Shown here: one piece after another, positions 49,381-59,320 of the stretch | How the letters are laid out: the number at the start of each line of letters is the position of its first letter | How positions within the stretch are numbered: the stretch's first letter is position 1 | Assembly (NCBI RefSeq): GCF_964355755.1 | Contig: NC_092671.1 | Span: 33,180,304 to 33,244,303 of the forward strand | DNA from: Antedon mediterranea | Taxonomy: Eukaryota; Animalia; Echinodermata | Reading direction: 5' to 3' | Length of the DNA stretch: 64,000 bases | The notes under the pieces: model-generated | The model's database searches: none | What the model saw: only the letters and a program-made list of their open reading frames with translations | Told to the model about the DNA's origin: nothing | Translations under genes and position numbers: made by a program

Positions 49381-51541
49381 ATGCCGGGAAGCGTAATTTT
49401 TTTTCCAGGACGAACGTGGGCAGAAATCATGAATAATTCATGATTAATTATGACATAATAGGGAACATTATAGAGGGCGCTGTATAAGAATGCAGAGAGA
49501 TTAAATTAGATTAAGACAGAAACTATAGAGGGCGTGCATATATCATAGATATTCATGATGCATGCGTGAGCTCATGACGTCATACTTGCAAACACACACT
49601 GTCTGTGTGATCAAATAACTTATAACACAAGAATCTCCTGTTCTTCAATTTGCATTCAAAACACAGTATCGGAAGTACAGGGTTTAAAGGTCAAACTGGG
49701 CGACGCCATTTCACAGCACGGAGCAGCGCCCTCTCCAAACTAGGAAGTCAAAACTATTAATTTCTATAGAGGGCTCAGTCAATTACTCTATCCCAGAGCC
49801 ATAATTATATAAAGAGTAATTTGCTTTAAAAATGTATAACATTCACAAGGCTTTAAATATCGAATTTAATATAAAAACAATCGATTTGTTTAAAGGTTTT
49901 TGTTAAGATAATTATGAAATCATAAAATTACTGCGAACATCGCGCTTTACAAACTAAACGCGCACGCGTAGAGCGTGCATGAAGCGCACAACCAGAGCCG
50001 TTCCGAAATTTATATTTTTGTTGTTTATAATCATGTTCGCAGTAACTTTGTAATTTATTATTTTAACAAAAACCTTTAAACAAATTGATTGTTTGGATAT
50101 TAAATTCGATAGTTAAAGCCTTTTGAACGTTATACATTTTCAAAACAAAAGACTCAACTCCATACTCTACATATAATAGGAATAGTTGGACACAAACCTG
50201 GCTTCTGCTCCATTCAAAGTCGAAACTTTTTATATATGGCTCTGCTCTATCCCCATATAGTATTAGCAGATCCCTCTATTATTTTGGCTTTCTAATTTGA
50301 TGCGGGAGCGCTACTCCATGGCTCAAAATGGCGCCACCCATTAGCTCTATTCTATCCTACAATGCCTTTCGAAAGGTGATGTGATGCACGTTCGTAGTGC
50401 AGATCGGAGCAAGTTACTGTAGACCTACTCTTTTTCTCTCCATGTTGTAATGTTATTGTTGAGTTGTTTGCTCGCCTACTCCAGGTATTTTAACATAATT
50501 TAATATATATAATAGCACATCCTACATTACTTAATTTGTTGGTGTTTTTTTATTTTAACTATACTACTATAAGGTGTAGGCCTAGACCAACAAAGTTTAT
50601 AGTTTTATATGTATGTAGGCCTAGCTATAATATAATTAAACCTGTGTAATCACAATTGCACTATATGCTACTGTAGGCCTATAGGCCTACTTACCAGGCC
50701 TAATGTGTATCTTTTATTTCATTGGTGAGATTTTTTATGATATTTTTTTAAACTTAAAAAATAGGATGTGGTTTGAACAGAAAATATATATCTGCATACG
50801 AAGTCTTTTACATCAAACATAGGATCTTAGATCACATCATATCAGCTACATACATGTGATACAGTATACACTGGAGATTGGAGAATGATATTGCCTGAAA
50901 TTGAGCTTTTAAATACAAATTAATTACCACAAAAACAAAAAATTTACTAATTAAAAACACATGATTAATTGTCATAATTTTGCACCACATTCGTTACCAT
51001 GTGTGTAGCAGGTCATTTTAAAAAGTAAAACATAAATAATAAACAATGAATGTGGAATACAATTAAAGCATGTAGTTTATACCTCCTATCCATGATTAAA
51101 GGAAGGTAACAACCGTTCTTGATGATTCTAAAGGTTATATGTGGTTTTTTAATTAATCAATTTAATTCATTATATATGTACTTTGTTTGTCAAATAAAGT
51201 AATTATTTCACAAACAAATGTCTGAAAGTACAATGTTAGACTAACATAAAACATGTATGTAATTTTTTCAGAAGGGTTAAAACACTAGTGTCAAATTCTT
51301 AATCAATTATTTCATTTACATTTAATTGTTAATACTATATGTACGTAGGGCGCGGCTACATGGTTCTTGGGTGTTTTTTGCAGCAGCTACCATAGCAGCG
51401 CGACGACGAGAGATCATTTTCGATTATCGCGTGACAACTATTTACAGGGGTTTTCGTCACATCATAAATATTCATGTGTGGATTCAGGCCCTCTATAGTT
51501 TCTGCCTTAACCTAACAGGAAAAAAATAAGCCTGCCGGCAT
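49381..51541. mobile_element. ~2.2-kb non-autonomous TIR element with internal foldback (intron 5)
   Basis: Left ATGCCGGGAAGCGTAATTTTTTTTCC and TTAAGACAGAAACTATAGAGGGC mirror right GCCCTCTATAGTTTCTGCCTTAA..GGAAAAAAATAAGCCTGCCGGCAT. No TSD seen. Confidence 0.55.
49794..50244. mobile_element. hAT-type foldback MITE, 451 bp
   Basis: TIR CAGAGCCATA/TATGGCTCTG; 8-bp TSD CTCTATCC (49786-49793, 50245-50252); ~130-bp internal inverted arms (49812-49940 vs 50033-50156). Confidence 0.88.
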
Positions 51542-51869
51542 GCTAGGCCATTCAAAAAGACATGTAGTGCTTCAACTTTGGACGAGTATGATAGTTATAG
51601 ACAGCACATGGCAAAACAATCGCAAAATATGTATAAAAAAGCTAAACGTGTCTTAGAACCCATTAATTTATAAGATAAAATTTTTCCGTTAGGTAGAACT
51701 AATACAGATCGGCACGTGATGCGCAATTATCCAATCAATTGAATAGAATAGAAGAATACAATCAGGTATGTTATAAAAAGGTAATAATGCATGGTAGTAT
51801 TAAAACGATGACGGTTCATACTTTCCCTCCATTAAGTTGTTAAACCGGCAATCTCTTTTTTTTTATTAC

Positions 51870-52150
51870 ACCTTATTTATAGAGGGTGACCCTAAACAGC
51901 ATATGATGACATTCAAGGGGCCCTCTTAATGAGTGACAGTGGCTGTGTATAATAGTACACCCTACCCGTCTCGAAAGATGTAATAGGTTCTTTAAAGTGC
52001 ACATGAGCCAGATGTGTACACTGGACCTTCGGTTTATAGTCCTTATCTGAGAAGACTTGTTCTACCACCAGAACCATGGAGAGAGTGAGGCTCGAACCCT
52101 TGCCGATGTTAATATGGCAAGGTATTATGGTTCCACTGTCTTAACCGCAT
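51870..52150 (-). mobile_element. Nin/Deu-domain SINE copy
   Basis: B box GGTTCGAGCC on the - strand (~52089-52098). Core GGTTCTTTAAAGTGCACATG..ACACTGGACC..GTTTATAGTCCTTATC.GAGAAGACT is shared with 31607-31680. Confidence 0.8.
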
Positions 52151-52241
52151 ATTATGCTCCATTAAGTTTTATTTATCGAATCATTTATGTTGCCAGCGTG
52201 ATTTTGATTTATAAACAATATCAATAAATGTCATCACTTAC

Positions 52242-52698
52242 CAGCATTCTTGAGAGGGAACTGCGAAGCTGGCTGTACGATTCTAAATGCTCGAGTACTT
52301 AACTGTGTATGCAACGCACTCTTTTCTTTAAATTCATCTGGTAGAAAGTAAGTTGGCGTTATGCCGATTTCATTAAGCCGCATTTCAGCAGTAACGATAG
52401 CTTCTCTAACCCATGCTTTCTGCAACCGATCAAAATGTCCAGGCGGATACTGATGCGTTCCTCGGAGACCAATGTCATCGACTTTCGCCCAGGATGTTAC
52501 CAGTTCTGGCCATTGCACAGCAAACTCGCTGTACACAAACACGGTGACAGGGATTTTTTGTTTGTAAGATGCTAAAGTTGACATTACTTTTACGGCTTCT
52601 TTCTTACACATCCCAATAGTTATTACAATAGCAAGGTCGTTATTTTTTACGCATTTCTTGTATGTGGAACCAGCTTTACCTACAGCTAATGCTGGTAT
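52242..52698 (-). CDS. Fusion gene coding exon 5 (NodB/CE4-like domain, N-part)
   Basis: Acceptor TTTGTTTAG at 52699, phase 0; IPALAVGK..LAIVITIGMCK..PVTVFVYSEFAVQWPELV..DIGLRG..GITPTYFLP; donor G|GTAAGT at 52242/52241. Confidence 0.85.
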
Positions 52699-53215
52699 CT
52701 AAACAAAATCATGAATATGTTAGAGTTAGCAGTAGGAATTGTAAGTTATTGTAGTTAGGCTTATTATTTTGTTGGGGCATCCATTGGCTGTGGGGGTAGG
52801 ATTTATGCAGATGATTCCAATATTTAAAACAATCGCGTCAAGACATCACATGGTCGAATCATAATAACAAAAGGATTATCTGCACGAATATAGTGTAGTA
52901 AGTTGTGGTGAATTTTTATGAGCTATTTTCCCACCCTTCCTCACCCATCCCCCAAAACTATTTATTTTCATCCATTGTTTGCGAAAGCCATAAACGTTGC
53001 CTTAGGCTCGTAAAATTATTTTATAGACATAAAAACTAAACCAACTTGGCATTAGGCCTATGTGGATAAAGATTGCAGTTTTATTAATGTTCGAATTATT
53101 TTTTGTTTCTTTAACCCTTAATATCTATGGAGTTTTTCTTTCTTAAATGTAGGTATAGGGAATGCCGAGTGTTTTCTGCCGCCTAAGGATTATTGTGTTT
53201 CCCTACTGCTCTTAC

Positions 53216-53369
53216 TTGTATTGGATGTAATTTATCAAAGTCTACATAGTTACGAAATTCTCCTTCCCACAACACCATGTCTATGTTATTCCGAACATCA
53301 TTAACAATCCTTTTCTTTTCATGTTTGCTATAACCCACGTGATGACTTAAATGATATTCTCCATAATAT
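53216..53369 (-). CDS. Fusion gene coding exon 4
   Basis: Acceptor TTTTCAG at 53370; AA+A=Lys; YYGEYHLSHHVGYSKHEKKRIVNDVRNNIDMVLWEGEFRNYVDFDKLHPIQ; donor GTAAGA at 53215. Not in the ORF track. Confidence 0.85.
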
Positions 53370-53704
53370 CTGAAAATACAAAAAAATTAAATATTATAAT
53401 CACACCTGATTGGTTGGTTTCGTAATACATAGAATTGCTAGTTTCGTCCCATTCAAAGGTAAAACTGTTTTTTGTTGTGGTCACATGATAGACTGACACT
53501 AACACCCAACCTCCATTGTCAGCTGTATATAGTCAACAAAAATCCGATCAAAGAATTTAACCAATGATACCCAGTGAGCCAGAATCATTTCAAAGTGTGC
53601 CAAAAGTCCAAAATGGTAAATGTGGCAATCCAAACTGTTTAATATTGTTTAAACGATTTCAAATTTCATTTTGGTTGAATTGAAATAGAATTACCCTTAC
53701 TTAC

Positions 53705-53993
53705 TTATCGATCCACGTAAATGTCCCATCTTTCAGCATTTGGTCAAGAACACAAAATTCACCACCTTGGATATCAATTTTAAAAATTACATAATCTTCT
53801 TTTCTTAAATTTTCTTTAATCCATCTTGAAAGATTGATCGTTGGGATTGTTTTGCGGTAACTATATAGTCTTCGACCTCCAGTTATATTATTGGCGCGTT
53901 CCGATTTACGGACAAACATACTTCCTCCTCCCCATTGCATTTTGTTAGATTTTGTAGGCGTCCATGTTGCATCACAAAATGCTGTCATATTGC
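53705..53993 (-). CDS. Fusion gene coding exon 3 (FkbM-like C-half)
   Basis: Acceptor AG at 53995-53994; G+GC=Gly; IPTINLSRWI..DYVIFKIDIQGGEFCVL (cf. FkbM KxDxEGxE); donor AA|GTAAGT at 53705/53704. Confidence 0.88.
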
Positions 53994-54409
53994 CTTTTTA
54001 ATGACAGAAAAAAAATGTTCGTGAGCTTTAGGAAACAAATAGAAAGATAGAAACAAATTATTGGAACGTAACGCCTCTAAAATTAGAACCAAGCATAAAC
54101 AGGGGCCTAGTTGTTATCCGACTGAATATAGGCCTAGAGGTTGCTATAGTTGTAGTGCTATATAGCCATTATATTGCCTCGTTTCGTTACTACTGTATTG
54201 GAAATAATTTTATTCCACTGTATAATATTATGTTTGAAGTAATAAGAATAACAAAAAATATATTAGGTAATTTTGTCAATTCAGTTTTGATGTTGTGCTC
54301 GTTTATTTTATTGTTTTTTATGATGTATTGTATGTTTCTCATTTTTTTATATGTTATTTTATGCCATCTTTTAAAAATATTTAAAGTACCTTTTAATATA
54401 TTAATGGTA

Positions 54410-55460
54410 GGTTCCAGAGAGTGGTCATTGAGGGTATATCCTCTGAATGGCTTCCTATTCAGTCCGGTGTCCCTCGGGGATCGATTCTTGGTCCTCTCCT
54501 TTTCAATCTTTTTGTCAATGATACCCCAAAACTCTTCACCCACTCCAGATGTCTTATGTTTGCTGATGATGTTAAGCTATACAGAATTATTGGTAGTGTT
54601 GAGGATGCTGACAGGCTTCAGGTGGATTTGGACAAGCTATGTTATTGGGCTGCTTTATGGGTATGTCCCTCAATCCAGTAAAGTGCAATATTTTAACTAT
54701 TACTTTGAAAAAGAACATTTTATTTTATAATTATTTAATTAATGACAATCCCATTAATAGGGTGCAATCGCAAAAAGATCTTGGTGTTTTTATTGATAGT
54801 TCTCTTTGTTTTTCTTTTCATATTGATTATCTTGTTGGCAAGTGCAATAGACTGCTTGGGCTGATGTGGCGTAATTGTAAACATTTTGACAGGCAAACCA
54901 AAATCCACCTTTATTATTCCAATTATCCATCCCATTCTCAACTTCAGTTCTGTTATTTTTAATTCTATTTCGAAAACTCAGTCTACGCGCATTCAGCGTC
55001 TGCATAACCGTTTTTTAGGCTACATCAGCCACAACCAGAATCCTGACTTTCATTTCCATGTCCGATCTCCTGAGTCTCGTAGAACCTTTTTTGATCTTGT
55101 TTTTTTGTATAAATGTATTAATTCTTTATTTGACTGTAACTTAGTTAGTAATTTTTATCTTGGAGTCCCTAGTCGTCGTCTTAGAAGAAATGCTACTTTT
55201 CATATTCCTTTTTAGTAGAGTAAATGTTTTAAAAAATGGTTTTATTAGTAGATTAAGTCAAACTTACAATTCTTTTACTCTTTTACCCTGAGTTAGATAT
55301 TTTTAGTAATAATTTCCGTAAGTTTCGTAACATTGTTAGTAGTTTAGTTTAATGTTTGTTATTGTATATGTTCGTGTTTGTCTGTGTTTGTCTGTGTTCC
55401 CTCCTGTAAGTGGTGAACCATGAGCTCACTGTTGGTTGGGAAATGAATAAATAAAAATAA
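54410..55460 (+). mobile_element. Frameshifted, 5'-truncated CR1-group LINE (antisense in intron 2)
   Basis: SGVPRGSILGPLLFNLFVND, FADDVKLY, LNPVKC, QKDLGVFIDSSL and RR..DL.FLYK are spread over three frames; ends in an AATAAATAAAAATAA tail. Confidence 0.88.
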
Positions 55461-56032
55461 TTTAAAAATTTGTCACAATCAGTTTGTTTGTGAAGATGAT
55501 TTTAATAAATATACCATTATGAATGAATGAATGAGAAAGTGTCCCTTTGGCGTGTTTCTGCAGCCATAACAAAATTATCGGTTAATTTTTAACCAATCAG
55601 ATAATTATTAAAAAAATGCTCTGCGCATGATTAGACATGACTGAACAACCAAGAGCCCAATCACAGCGCATCGATTTGTCATTCAGGTCAAAGGCTAAAC
55701 ATTATCGCATTTATCCGATAATTACAGTGTTCGATTTGAATGAGATATATATAGGTTAATCGTTGGAATCGGTTAAACCCCGTTTCCACAGCTAGTTTAT
55801 CGGTTAATTATCAATTAATTATCGGTTAATTTTTGAATTGGAAACAGTCTTTTTTTCTCTTTTGTGAGATTCACTCACATTTATTTCATATTTTTGTTAC
55901 ATATTTATTTTTAATAAATACATTTCTTTTTTTTTCTCTTTTGTTGTGTAATATAAACTGAATATATTTAAAATTAATTCATGCATATAATTATGCTACA
56001 TTGTATGGTAAAATAAATATAATAAAACACAT

Positions 56033-56430
56033 TTAAATCAAACCTACGGCAGTCATATCAACTACAGATTTAAAGACCACCCATGGATTTTGACAAAACG
56101 GTTTTTTTAATTCATTATATATTTTTATTTTATAAATAGAATAGGTAGCGATGGTATATAATTGGTTTTTTGTACAATTTCCACTGCCAAGAATGAGCTC
56201 TTTAAAAGAGCTTTTACTACCATCAATATTTAAATTTTTTTTATCTATCTTGTTACCTGGACATTCAAAGAACATGCGCCACATTCTTTATGTATTTTAG
56301 GTCCAGGTGACAAACAAAAATATATCAGCCTACTTCGGAAATCAAAACCTTCCATAAAACATACGCATACTTTATTGGACAAGGAAGATTTGAATCTCTT
56401 TAATAAGAGCCTACAGTACTTACCCACTGT
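56033..56430 (-). mobile_element. Possible decayed L1/Tx1-type ORF2 C-terminal zinc-knuckle fragment
   Basis: HMFFECP-like segment followed by hydrophobic helices; broken by frameshifts; weak. Confidence 0.3.
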
Positions 56431-56541
56431 AAAGACAAAAAATTATATTAAGACGCCAAGTCAATGTGACAAATATTAATAGGAGTCAAACGAATTTTTA
56501 ATAGGGGAATTCTATAAGTGTTTTACATTATGATAACCTAC

Positions 56542-56804
56542 CGTCATGATCCGATACCCCGACAGGACAGTGTAGATGATGATTGTTATGATACGGGCTA
56601 AAATAAGGGCAGAGACGGTCATCGATTTCGAAAGAATGGATGATGAAATCTTTTCCTCCAGGATAAGTCTCACGAAACATCTTGACAGTAGAGGCGACAT
56701 TACCGCCACAATCTAGAAGTATCTTTCTCTGAGGTTGTCTATTAGGTGTGGTAGGCCTACTATCCATTGTGTTTGTCAGAGTCCTTATGTCGGCTTCGAC
56801 ATTT
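56542..56804 (-). CDS. Fusion gene coding exon 2 (stem plus FkbM-like SAM-binding motif)
   Basis: Acceptor AACTAG at 56805; AG+A=Arg; NVEADIRTLTNTMDSRPTT..KILLDCGGNVAS..IHSFEID..VGVSDHD; donor G|GTAGG at 56542/56541. Confidence 0.88.
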
Positions 56805-57714
56805 CTAGTTATTACATAAATAAAATAATGATTATATATTTATTCACCTTATTTTTCCGTACAGCGGATTTATTTAATTACTACATATTTATTATATGGA
56901 TACCTATATACTTTTTGAATACCTTTTTTCTGGTCGAAATAGCTATAAAGCAATCTGGGATTATTTAAGTTTCTCCAGTATCTTCTATTCAACTTTAATT
57001 AGCGTTATAAGAATACATTGGATCTTCGCACATTGAAGTTATTTAAATTGACGTATTATAAAATTGAAATCTGAACAAAAACATTATCACAATATTCTAT
57101 AAGCATTTGAAATTATCTCTTAAAATTGTTATAATAGAATGATTTGCCGGTGACGTCATCATTAAACCATTGAAAACCACTTAATATGGCTATAATGTAT
57201 TTATAACAACTGAGTGTTTCCTTTCTGTCCGATTGTTTAATATTTTATCAAGTGCCGTTTATTATTTGTTATAATGAACGGTAAAACGATTGGCTCTCTA
57301 AATAGTTATGAATAACCTTACCTAACCTCTGAATCAAGGTGAAAGCAGGGTGGATCGTATGTAACTATCGTTCGTATCACGCATTTGTAGAAATGATGAA
57401 ACATATGTATATTAGAAATATTATAACTGTAAGTTAGTTGCAACAAGTTATATCGCTACTACATTAAATTAAGTATGTGGTTTAAATTGAAAGGTTACAT
57501 TAGTTTTTGTAATTGGAGCGACGATTATGTAGGTCAATTGTTTGATCGGATGCTGAAGGCGTTTAAATAGCTTGGTTGTTCGCACAACAACAACAACAAA
57601 GATAGTGTAGAGGACGATATCACACTTCCTATTCGACCAATGCAAATAAATGAAAGACAATAATATTGGGACTCAATTTAAGGGCGGAAAGTTATTTTAT
57701 AGGAAATAGGCTAT

Positions 57715-57800
57715 ACAGTTGAACCTCCGTAAGCGGACACCTCCGTTAACGGCCGCACTTTCAAAAGCCCGTTTGTTCTGCCTATCTAATTAGTTCACTT
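57715..57800 (+). mobile_element. Tc1/mariner (pogo-like) terminal fragment
   Basis: TA|CAGTTGAACCTCCGTAAGCGGACACCTCCGTTAACGGCC resembles a pogo-type end; partner end not found. Confidence 0.45.
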
Positions 57801-57819
57801 GGTACCTTGTTGAACCCCA

Positions 57820-58004
57820 AAAATGTGAAAACTCTCACAAATGTGAAAACAACCACAAATGTGAAACGTATCACCCACAAATGTGAAAACGTATCACCCA
57901 CAAATGTGAAAACGCATCACCACAAATGTGAAAACGCATCACCCACCAAATGTGAAAATAACCACAAATGTAAAAACGCATTACCCACTAATGTGAAAAC
58001 AGCG
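57820..58004. repeat. Short-unit minisatellite (CACAAATGTGAAAAC core, ~17-23 bp)
   Basis: About nine AATGTGAAA cores with variable ACGCATCACC spacers. Confidence 0.85.
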
Positions 58005-58255
58005 CCCACAGAGATTTTAGCTTATAGGTTTTTATACAATAACAGGAATTGTTTTTTCTATTGCGTTTCCCTGACCCACCAACAATTTCCTAATTTCTTT
58101 GGGGTGGCCGAGGATAACGATCAACAAGACACAATGCAAAACTAAATTCACGAGGCTATCAAACGGTAATCTTTTAATCTAAGTAACAATATTCTCCTCA
58201 TATTCAAATGATAAATTATTATTATTGACTTTTGTATGCATTGTTAAAGTTTTAC

Positions 58256-58368
58256 CTGGTTGTGTTCTTGTCGCTGTGAAACATCATTGGACTACTAAGC
58301 CATGTGACGAAGCAGCTTACCAGGAATCCAGCAGAAAAGTAACTTATTTTTTCCAAATGTAACTTCAT
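58256..58368 (-). CDS. Fusion gene coding exon 1 (start plus signal anchor)
   Basis: Acceptor TGTAG at 58372, ATG at 58368; MKLHLEKISYFSAGFLVSCFVTWLSSPMMFHSDKNTT; donor AG|GTAAAA at 58256/58255. Phase 2 matches the extra base of the next exon. Confidence 0.75.
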
Positions 58369-59231
58369 CTTCTACATTAAAATTAAAATTGATATTAATT
58401 AATAATCGTTAGCATTTTACGGTTTTAATAGAAAAGAAACTCTTCCAAAAATAGTTTTGATGTTCATGAAGTATATAATATACAATATAATTTCTTTTGA
58501 TTTTCTAGCAATAACAATAAATTGATTTATTTTATTTTTGTTTATTTATACATTTAGCATCCATTCAGCAATACATTTAAAATACATAACAAAAATAATA
58601 CAAAATATTGGAATATTAAAATTGAATAAAACCAAAGTGAATGGATTCAAGGACGACCCATAAAATCAACAAGTCAGTTTATTTCCAATGGGGTCCATTG
58701 CAAGAGAAATCAAAGATGTGAAAGTGAACAAGGATCATAAAAAGGACATATTATGGAAGTGTGAAAGACATAATAAAAAAATACATATCAAATGCATAAA
58801 AGATAATATAAAAAAAGTACAATTAAAATATAAAAAGTGAAGAGCAACAATATCATCAAACCGGAGTATATAAAATCAGATAGGAATACCAACGATAAGA
58901 TATTTCCTTAGTTTAATTTTAAAAATAGATTGATTGTTAATGGATTTTAGATGTACTACAATTAAGTATGTCACAGTGGCTATATCTTGAAAACATTGCT
59001 AGAAAATCGTGACTATTTAGATTTAATATTTAATTAATCATTTTTAATAAACTAATTTGGTTGAACAAAAATGACTTGCACATTGTAGAATTTCATTTGC
59101 ATATTTAACTGCTCAACTAGGCGTGCTATTTATTATTTTTGCAAAATATTGAAGATAAAGTTAATTTGAGATTTAAACTTGTGACGTCACCCATGTCAAT
59201 CAATCAATCAGATAACATTTATTCAGATATT

Positions 59232-59320
59232 AGGGAGTTTTCGCAATCTTACGAATACGATAACGAAAACGGATACGTCACGCACACGTATTCGTTTTTC
59301 GTAAGCCAGTAAAAATCTGT
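59232..59320 (+). mobile_element. Harbinger-like MITE left end inserted in the LINE
   Basis: AGGGAGTTTTCGCAA start after ATT/TTA, with internal hairpin CTTACGAATACG..CGTATTCG..CGTAAG; right end not seen. Confidence 0.4.

Noticed and set aside
54155-54730. 191-aa + ORF and 117-aa - ORF
   Set aside because: AT-rich low-complexity frames overlapping the CR1 fragment; the meaningful frame is the RT one.
56528-56767. ATG at 56767 as the gene start (ORF track)
   Set aside because: The frame is open back to an acceptor at 56805 and a phase-compatible signal-anchor exon exists at 58256-58368, so this Met is probably internal.
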